DNA from: Pseudomonas aeruginosa
Lineage (GTDB): Bacteria > Pseudomonadota > Gammaproteobacteria > Pseudomonadales > Pseudomonadaceae
Length of the DNA stretch: 32,000 nucleotides
Direction of reading: 5' to 3'
Assembly: GCF_001457615.1 (NCBI RefSeq)
Contig: NZ_LN831024.1
Coordinates: 60,001-92,000, forward strand
The notes beneath the pieces are model-generated. The model ran no database searches. It saw only the letters and a list, made by a program, of their open reading frames with translations, and was not told where the DNA came from. This document shows, piece after piece, positions 1 through 6,217 of the stretch. The position numbers were made by a program, and so were the translations under genes. Position 1 is the stretch's first letter; each line of letters starts with the position of its first letter.

Positions 1-75
1 ACCGGGACGGATCGTTCAGGCAAGCCCCAGGAACAGGACCTGCGCCTGAGAATGCGCGGCCTCGACCTGGCCTGA
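1..75 (+). CDS. 3' end (24 codons plus TGA) of an upstream gene; by remembered synteny, possibly the type III effector ExoT
   Basis: Frame 1 reads ..TGTDRSGKPQEQDLRLRMRGLDLA* with TGA at 73-75, followed directly by a strong rho-independent terminator. The exoT assignment rests only on remembered PAO1 gene order (PA0044 precedes the CsgG-like PA0045), not on recognising the sequence. Confidence 0.45.
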   Translation, partial: TGTDRSGKPQEQDLRLRMRGLDLA

Positions 76-91
76 CCGGTCGACGGCAGAG

Positions 92-123
92 ACGGACACT
101 CCCAAGGGGTGTCCGTTTTCATT
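92..123 (+). terminator. Rho-independent terminator
   Basis: ACGGACAC (92-99) pairs with GTGTCCGT (109-116). The stem can extend through C/G pairs and is followed by TTTTCATTT. It lies 17 nt after the TGA at 73-75. Confidence 0.75.
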
Positions 124-570
124 TGCGCCGTACAGCGTCGGGCGCAATGGGCGGCAAGGAGGCCTGCCTGGCTGCCACCGGTTGGTGGCGGACACCGGTG
201 CCCGGCGTCCCACCTCGATCCTGCGAACGAGACGCAGTCAGAATTCTCCGAGTATGCTTCCTGCATAACGAAACGATCGGAATAACTGTGGTAACTTTGC
301 CGCCCACCGAGATGGCCTATTGATGGCTCATACGGTTCGTGCATCGCTTCCCGCACGATTCTTTCGGATTTCCAAGGCCGGCCGGGAGCGCCGGTTGATC
401 GACGCATTCGTATTTCAAGGAAAGAAATCGTGGCCACCCCATTTCGCCCCTCGCCTTGGCGCGCCGCCGTGCCGCCTGGCCTTCCTCGATTTTCACTACG
501 CCCTCTTTTCCGCACACGGGGCGGCTAGAAGCCGCTCCGCGTCGATAGCGTTTTTTTCCAGGAGAACCCC

Positions 571-1257
571 ATGAGTCACAGCGCCAAGAAAGCACTACTG
601 CCGCTCCTCGCCGTCGCCACCCTGGCCGGCCTGGCGGGCTGCGCCACCGAGACCTCCACCGCGTTGCCGGTACAGCAGGTCGAGAGCGTCAACCGACCCT
701 ACAGCGGCGTGCGTTCGCCGATTGCGGTAGGCAAGTTCGACAACCGCTCCAGCTACATGCGCGGGATCTTTTCCGATGGCGTCGACCGCCTCGGCGGCCA
801 GGCCAAGACCATTCTCATCACCCACCTGCAGCAGACCAATCGCTTCAACGTGCTGGACCGCGACAACATGAGCGAGATCCAGCAGGAAGCGGCGATCAAG
901 GGCCAGGCCCAGCGCCTGAAGGGTGCCGACTACGTGGTGACCGGCGATGTCACCGAGTTCGGCCGCAAGGAAGTCGGCGACCGCCAGCTGTTCGGCATCC
1001 TTGGCCGCGGCAAGTCGCAGATCGCCTACGCCAAGGTGGCGCTGAACATCGTCAACATCTCTACCTCGGAGGTCGTCTATTCGACCCAGGGCGCTGGCGA
1101 GTACGCCCTGTCCAACCGCGAGGTGATCGGCTTCGGCGGCACCGCCAGCTACGACTCGACCCTCAACGGCAAGGTTCTCGACCTGGCCATGCGCGAGGCG
1201 GTGAACAAGTTGGTCAACGCGGTCGATAGCGGGGCCTGGAAGCCACAGAACCAATAA
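571..1257 (+). CDS. CsgG-family outer-membrane lipoprotein (curli-secretion-channel-like)
   Basis: GGAG at 561-564 is 6 nt before the ATG. Signal peptide has lipobox LAGLAG|C. Similarity to E. coli CsgG runs along the length, e.g. AKVALNIVNISTSEVV versus CsgG IAVNLRVVNVSTGEIL, and ADYVVTGDVTEF versus ANIMVEGSIIGY. Confidence 0.85.
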   Translation: MSHSAKKALLPLLAVATLAGLAGCATETSTALPVQQVESVNRPYSGVRSPIAVGKFDNRSSYMRGIFSDGVDRLGGQAKTILITHLQQTNRFNVLDRDNMSEIQQEAAIKGQAQRLKGADYVVTGDVTEFGRKEVGDRQLFGILGRGKSQIAYAKVALNIVNISTSEVVYSTQGAGEYALSNREVIGFGGTASYDSTLNGKVLDLAMREAVNKLVNAVDSGAWKPQNQ

Positions 1258-1287
1258 TCCACCAGAAACCAGGGAATCACGGCACAC

Positions 1288-1641
1288 ATGAGCAAGACGA
1301 TCACATGGACGGCGGCGCTGCTGGGGAGCATGGCGCTGGCCGGGTGCAGCGGACCGAAGACGCTGTACCAGTGGGAGGGCTACCAGGCCCAGGTCCACGA
1401 ATACTTCAAGGGTGAATCCAAGGAGGCCCAGGCGCAGGCGCTGGAAGCCGACCTCGAGAAGATCCGGGCGAAGAACGGCGCGGTGCCGCCGGGCTACCAC
1501 GCCCAGCTGGGGCTGCTCTATTCCAGCATCGGCAAGGACGACCAGATGGTCCGCGAGTTCGAGACCGAGAAGGCGCTGTTTCCCGAGTCGGCGACCTACA
1601 TGGACTTCCTCCTGAACAACGCCCGTGGAGGTGCCCGTTGA
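1288..1641 (+). CDS. Small lipoprotein, DUF4810-like (second gene of the CsgG-like triad)
   Basis: Signal peptide with lipobox MALAG|CSG. 117 aa, helical and TPR-like composition. Position matches the conserved triad as I remember it. The stop overlaps the next gene's start. Confidence 0.7.
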   Translation: MSKTITWTAALLGSMALAGCSGPKTLYQWEGYQAQVHEYFKGESKEAQAQALEADLEKIRAKNGAVPPGYHAQLGLLYSSIGKDDQMVREFETEKALFPESATYMDFLLNNARGGAR

Positions 1642-2303
1642 AACTCGCCCGACTGTCCGGCCTGGTGGCCGGTTTCACCCTGCTGGCCCTGCTCGGCGGC
1701 TGCGCGCCGACCAAGAGCGTCGATTACTCGGCGTTCAAGCAGGCCAAGCCGCGCTCGATCCTGGTCCTGCCGCCGCTGAACGAGTCGCCCGACGTGAAGG
1801 CGACCTACAGCATGCTCTCGCAGGTCACCTTCCCGCTGGCCGAGGCCGGCTACTACGTGGTGCCGGTGGCGCTGGCCGACGAGACCTTCCGCCAGAACGG
1901 CCTGACCAGCGCCGGCGACGTGCACCAGGTGTCCCCGGCCAAGCTGCGCGAGATCTATGGCGCCGACGCGGCGCTGTACGTCACGGTGAGCGACTACGGC
2001 ACGCGCTACATGGTGATCAGCAGCGCGACCATCGTCACCGCCAGCGCCAAGCTGGTCGACCTGCGATCCGGCACCACCCTGTGGACCGGCTCGGCGACCG
2101 CCTCCAGCGAGGAAGGCAACGGCGGCAACAACGGCGGCCTGGTGGGCATGCTGATCACCGCGGCGGTCAAGCAGATCATCAACAGTTCGGTGGAGGACGC
2201 CGGTTATCCGATCGCCGGGATGACCAGCGCGCGCCTGCTCTCGGCCGGCCAGCCGGGCGGACTGTTGTACGGCCCGCGCTCGCCGAGGTACGGCAGCGAC
2301 TGA
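1638..2303 (+). CDS. Lipoprotein, DUF799/GNA1162-like (third gene of the triad)
   Basis: TTG start at 1638 overlaps the upstream TGA (TTGA), with GGAGG at 1627-1631. Lipobox LLGG|CAP. The motif SILVLPPLNES..ATY is typical of the GNA1162 family as I recall it. Confidence 0.8.
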   Translation: MKLARLSGLVAGFTLLALLGGCAPTKSVDYSAFKQAKPRSILVLPPLNESPDVKATYSMLSQVTFPLAEAGYYVVPVALADETFRQNGLTSAGDVHQVSPAKLREIYGADAALYVTVSDYGTRYMVISSATIVTASAKLVDLRSGTTLWTGSATASSEEGNGGNNGGLVGMLITAAVKQIINSSVEDAGYPIAGMTSARLLSAGQPGGLLYGPRSPRYGSD

Positions 2304-2317
2304 GCCGTGCGCCGGGG

Positions 2318-2701
2318 CTACGGGGACGTCTCCGTGGCCTCGGCGCAAGCCGCCGGGAGGGGCTTGGCCGCTGCGTTGCGCTTGGCCATGTACTGGCGGA
2401 TCAGGTCGTCGAGCAACGCCCGGATGGCGCGCCGCTCGTCCAGCCGCAGGCGGCCGATGGCCTCGAACTGCAGGCGCAGGTCTTCCGGTAGCGCCTGCCG
2501 CTCGCTGCGCTCGCAGACCAGCCAGTCGAGGGGCACCGCGAAACGTCCGGCGATGGTTTGCAGCACCACCAGCGACGGGTGCCCGCCCTTGGTTTCGAAG
2601 TGCCGCAACTGGCTCACGGTGACGCCCAATCGCTCGGCCATCTGCCGTTGGGTCAGGGCGTTCTGCTGGCGTAGGCGTAGGAGATTCTGCGCGAAGCTCA
2701 T
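2318..2701 (-). CDS. XRE-family helix-turn-helix transcriptional regulator
   Basis: N-terminal LRLRQQNALTQRQMAERLGVTVSQLRHFETKGGHPSL is a classic Cro/C1 HTH. GGAGAG lies 7 nt upstream of the ATG. Convergent with the lipoprotein operon, with a 14-nt gap. Confidence 0.85.
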   Translation of the reverse strand: MSFAQNLLRLRQQNALTQRQMAERLGVTVSQLRHFETKGGHPSLVVLQTIAGRFAVPLDWLVCERSERQALPEDLRLQFEAIGRLRLDERRAIRALLDDLIRQYMAKRNAAAKPLPAACAEATETSP

Positions 2702-2982
2702 GGAAAACTCTCCAAGTCAGGGGAAATCCTTGCCACCGCCCCGGTGATGCGGGCGATGGCGGTTGTCTCCATCATCGGCGTTCGCACTCTTCGACTCTGC
2801 CCTACCGTTCCGGCGCGGGCCTGGGAAAGCTCCGGGTGGTGAGTCCGAGGTTTCCCCGCGTGCCGCCTTTGTCGATTCAGTAGAGGCGGAAGCGACGGGC
2901 TACCGTCCCGTTGGCCTGCGTCGGCGGCAGTTCGGCTCCGCGGCGAAGCGATAGATCGCGAGGGCCTTACGCCTGGCGAGGA

Positions 2983-4644
2983 CTAGTCCGCTTGCGCCCC
3001 CTGCGCCAGGGCGTTGCCGACGCCCACCAGCAGCGCCCGGGTCTGCGCCACGATGGCGCTGCGGTAGGCCTCGTAGCGGGCGTCGCTGATGGCGTTGTCG
3101 TTGCGCGCGCCGCCGCCGCTCGCCGGTACGCCGGTGTAGTAGTTGTTCATCACCGGGACATGGATGTGCCCGGCGGGAATCTCCAGGCGGAACGCGTCGC
3201 GCAGCACCGTGTTGCGGTAGGCGCTCTCGTTGGACAGGTAGTCGCCGCCACCGCCGTTGCGCGCGCAGATCCGTCGGTTCGGCGGGAGCACCAGGGAGGG
3301 ATCGGGCATGGCGTTCATCACCCCGTTGGTCGGCACGTTTTCGGTGCGCGGGTTGGCGCAATCGGGGAAGAAGTCGTAGTTGGTGTGCCAGGTGACGTCG
3401 AAGCCTTCCGCGGCCTGGCTGGTAGCGCCCGGCGGCCGCTCGATGCCGCGCCAGGTATCGGCGGCGAGCAACTGGCGGACCGGCAGCGAGGCCTTGGAGA
3501 ACTGTGCCGGCAGGTTCTGCCGCCAGCGGCTGGCGCTGTCGTAGCCGAGCCAGCGGCGCGGCGGGTTGATATTGCAGCCGGAGCCCCGCAGGGAAATCGG
3601 CGCGGTGCCGGGATTGGTCACGCTGCCCAGGGGAAGCACGTAGTTGGGCAAAGCGCTGTCGGCGGGGCAGTAGACGATGCCGTCGTTGCCGGCGGAGGAG
3701 CCGTGGAAGCGGCCGTTCCAGGCCTCCAGCCAGAACTGGTTGGCGCCGCCCTGGCTGATGGTGATGGAGGCGTCGACCCGGCGCGGGCCTGGGCGGAACC
3801 AGGGGCCCAGGGTGTCTTCCTGCATGCCGCGGTTGAACGGGTCGTAGCTGACCGGCAACAGGTAGGCCTCGATACGCAGCAGGCTGCCGTCGGCCAGCCT
3901 GAACTCGCGGCCGTCCAGCGCAAGGGCGGTGGCGCCCGAGGGGTTGCCGTTGCGCAGGCCGGTGTTCGCCGTCCCGGGAGTGCCCAGGGTGAAGACGTCG
4001 AAGCCGCTGATGATCATCCGCCGGTAGCGCGAGCCGTCGGCGGCGTAGCGGCGCGGCAGGTCGATGTCCAGCTGTCCGCGCGAGGCGCGTTCGAAGCGCC
4101 ATTGCAGCGCCTGGGCCTGGGCCTTGCCGAGGTGGAAGGATGGCGCCCACTGGCGCAGGGTGCGGGTCATGTAGAGGCGCGTCCAGTAGAGCATACGGTC
4201 ATCGCTGGCCGGCAGCGCGCCGGCGGGAATGGCGCGGCGCCCCTGGGCCCGGTCGACGGCGGCGCGCCACAGCGCGCGGCCCTCTTCGGTGACCAGCTTC
4301 AGTGCCTTGGCGTAGCTGGTGACCGGGGTGCGGCCGTCGGCGGCGCACAGGCGCTTGGCGAAGGCCGGTTCGAAGCCGTCGAAGCCGGCGCCCTTGACGA
4401 TGCGCTCGGCCAGCGGCGTCTGGTCGTGGGTGACGACGTTGGCGCCGCTGAACGGCAGCGGCGTGTCGAGCCGGCGCTCCTCGTAGGACAACGCTGCCTC
4501 GCGGTCCCAGGAACAGGCGACGCTGGGCGGCGTGCGGGCGCCGGCGAGGTCGCCGTTGGCGGCCCAGCCGGCGCCGGGCAGCAGGGCCGCCGAGACGGCC
4601 AGGGCGAAGAGGGAGTATCGGCTTGCGTGACGGGCGTAGCGCAT
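2983..4644 (-). CDS. Secreted 553-aa protein with a divergent pyroglutamyl-peptidase (C15)-like core; otherwise uncharacterised
   Basis: I place the start at the ATG at 4644 (MRYARHASRYSLFALAVSAALLPGAGWA|ANG, a Sec signal), preceded by AGGAG 8 nt upstream. The track ORF runs up to 4947 through a Pro-rich stretch that I consider non-coding; an alternative ATG is at 4674. C15-like motifs: IISGFDVF..NPSG, ISQGGANQFWLEAW, GDYLSNESAY, GHIHVP. Confidence 0.8.
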   Translation of the reverse strand: MRYARHASRYSLFALAVSAALLPGAGWAANGDLAGARTPPSVACSWDREAALSYEERRLDTPLPFSGANVVTHDQTPLAERIVKGAGFDGFEPAFAKRLCAADGRTPVTSYAKALKLVTEEGRALWRAAVDRAQGRRAIPAGALPASDDRMLYWTRLYMTRTLRQWAPSFHLGKAQAQALQWRFERASRGQLDIDLPRRYAADGSRYRRMIISGFDVFTLGTPGTANTGLRNGNPSGATALALDGREFRLADGSLLRIEAYLLPVSYDPFNRGMQEDTLGPWFRPGPRRVDASITISQGGANQFWLEAWNGRFHGSSAGNDGIVYCPADSALPNYVLPLGSVTNPGTAPISLRGSGCNINPPRRWLGYDSASRWRQNLPAQFSKASLPVRQLLAADTWRGIERPPGATSQAAEGFDVTWHTNYDFFPDCANPRTENVPTNGVMNAMPDPSLVLPPNRRICARNGGGGDYLSNESAYRNTVLRDAFRLEIPAGHIHVPVMNNYYTGVPASGGGARNDNAISDARYEAYRSAIVAQTRALLVGVGNALAQGAQAD

Positions 4645-5255
4645 CGGGTGGACTCCTGTTCTTGTTCGGTTCATGGGTCGATCGGTGCGGCGGGCGGAGC
4701 GCGGGCGAGCGGCGCCCGCCGGCGGCGCGGGGGCCGGGGCCGACGCAAGGTGCGTCGCGGGTTGCTGCGGTGGCGGACGGGAGGGCGGTGCTAGGGGGCG
4801 CGTGTCGCCGGTAGACGGAGGCGCGCGGAGGGAGGGTTGCGGGACGACGCGGAGGCGTCTGGGAAAGTCAGGTCCTTTGCCATGGATGCACCGATCGTTG
4901 TTCTTGCTGTTGTGGGGCGTCGGTGGGTGCACGGCCGGACTTCGCACCCGTGCGGCATTCTTGGAGGCGCCGGCGCGGGGCGTCCAACGAATTTATGTGG
5001 CCGCCGGGGATAGGAAAAGTTGATGGCGAACCGGTGCCGAAGCCCCCTGCCCCGGTACTTTCGCTGGCGCTGCGGCAATCCACCGCACTGGCGCGTTCGC
5101 TCGGGCCGGTCTTTGCTCTCCGGGGTCCGGCGGCTCGCCGGCGAGTCTTGCGGTGCGCCGCGAGCGGACGGGCGTTCGGTCCTTCTGCAGGCAAATGCCC
5201 TTGTTTTCGGAGAAGGACACGGATCGTTGATCGCTGTTTCGACCAAGGAGGTCAG

Positions 5256-5396
5256 ATGAAAAGGAAGATGCTGGCGGCTTCGCTGCTGCTGTGGATGTTC
5301 TCGCTGACGGCGCAGGCGGACTGCGCGGTGCTCGGGCCGGGGGAAGATCCCTGCGCGGGCCCGGTGCTGGGACCGACCGTCTGCGAGTGCCCGTGA
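5256..5396 (+). CDS. Small secreted 4-Cys peptide, 46-aa precursor (paralogue A)
   Basis: AAGGAGG at 5245-5251, then ATG at 5256. Sequence: MKRKMLAASLLLWMFSLTAQA|DCAVLGPGEDPCAGPVLGPTVCECP*. High GC3. Has a paralogue 61 nt downstream. In the track it is visible only as the tail of the longer ORF 4923..5396. Confidence 0.7.
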   Translation: MKRKMLAASLLLWMFSLTAQADCAVLGPGEDPCAGPVLGPTVCECP

Positions 5397-5457
5397 TGAC
5401 CGACTGTACCCTCGACCAGGGACAGGGAGCGTTCGATTACCAACCAGGAGGTTGCAA

Positions 5458-5595
5458 ATGAAGAAAGTACTGTTGGCTGTGTTCCTGCTCTGTGGCTTCT
5501 CTCTTACCGCCCAGGCCGCGTGCCCGGTTTTCGGCCCGTCCGAGGACCCGTGCAGCGGGCCGGTGTTCGGTCCGTCGACCTGCGAATGCCCTTGA
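5458..5595 (+). CDS. Small secreted 4-Cys peptide, 45-aa precursor (paralogue B); not in the supplied ORF track
   Basis: Own translation: AGGAGG at 5446-5451, 6-nt spacer, ATG at 5458. Sequence: MKKVLLAVFLLCGFSLTAQA|ACPVFGPSEDPCSGPVFGPSTCECP*, with TGA at 5593-5595. Same signal-peptide end and same Cys spacing as paralogue A. Confidence 0.65.
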   Translation: MKKVLLAVFLLCGFSLTAQAACPVFGPSEDPCSGPVFGPSTCECP

Positions 5596-5608
5596 GGTAG
5601 GTCGTCTG

Positions 5609-5636
5609 GCGGGCCCGGTGCAGCGGGCCCGCTTCC
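5609..5636 (+). terminator. GC-rich hairpin after the peptide pair (possible terminator)
   Basis: GCGGGCCCG (5609-5617) pairs perfectly with CGGGCCCGC (5624-5632) across a 6-nt loop. Only a weak T tract (TTCC) follows. Confidence 0.5.
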
Positions 5637-5744
5637 GGATGGATCGCTCGAAGTTGCCTGCTTTAATTCTCCATTCCCCGCGCCGCCCTACTTTTCCCGC
5701 TCGTCCATCGTCGCGTCGAACGTTGCCACGAAATCAGCGTCGGT

Positions 5745-6035
5745 GGACAACTCTTATATTCAATAGTTGTACGATCTGAGTTTGTTGTAGTCATTTGCTT
5801 AGTTGGCTATCCATATGATTGCCGTAAAGCAATTATAAGTTTAATTGGATTAGCTTTCTAAGTCTTTGGAAAGAGCCGTGAACGACCCTGTAATATCTGG
5901 TTGTAGAGCCGCGTAATGATGTTTCAGGATGTTTCATTAATTTTGTAGATTATTGTTTTTCCTTTGTTTTTTTAAAAACAGCTACCAGATTTAGATAGAT
6001 ATTAATTAACTCGGCCACGTTTTTTCCTGTTCTAT
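5745..6035. other. Sharply AT-rich non-coding block upstream of phzH
   Basis: By eye roughly one third GC, against about two thirds in the flanks. Contains A/T runs and short palindromes (TGTTTTTTTAAAAACA, TTAATTAA) and the 6-bp inverted repeat ACAACT/AGTTGT at 5747-5770. No credible ORF. Confidence 0.7.
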
Positions 6036-6217
6036 CATTGGCCTTCCTTGGGCGCAGGCCTGCCGAAACTGCTTATCTTCAGGTCCTCGAAAAGTTCATA
6101 CATCGACCGCCTTGGGCGAAGCATTCGTACGCCGGCAATCTGGCCGGCCGCACGGATGTTTTCAGCATGTTCTCTGGATGAATTTCCCGATAAAACATCA
6201 ATTAGAGGAGTTTCCCT

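Noticed and set aside
4645-4947. 101-codon N-terminal extension of the 654-aa track ORF (Pro/Ala-rich)
   Set aside because: There is no SD at 4947. The internal ATG at 4644 has AGGAG 8 nt upstream and is followed immediately by a canonical Sec signal peptide. The extension is Pro-rich because the strand is C-rich, not because it codes.
5186-5201. Sigma-54-like element (aGGCAaatgcccTTGT) upstream of the small peptide genes
   Set aside because: The GG-to-TTG spacing is one nucleotide too long, and the -12 element reads TTGT instead of TTGC. This is not good enough to call.
5020-5259. 79-aa + strand ORF (MMANRCRSPLPRYFRWRCG..) whose TGA overlaps the ATG of the first small peptide gene (ATGA) and which has an AGGAAAAG upstream
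   Set aside because: The overlap is tempting, and GC3 is fairly high in the first half. However, the product is extremely Arg/Trp/Cys-rich, GC3 decays in the second half, and I recognise no family. I treat it as non-coding unless Ribo-seq or conservation says otherwise.
5815-5838. Micro-ORFs inside the AT-rich block (e.g. ATG ATT GCC GTA AAG CAA TTA TAA)
   Set aside because: Only 7-10 codons, with no Shine-Dalgarno and codon usage foreign to the genome. Expected by chance in AT-rich DNA.
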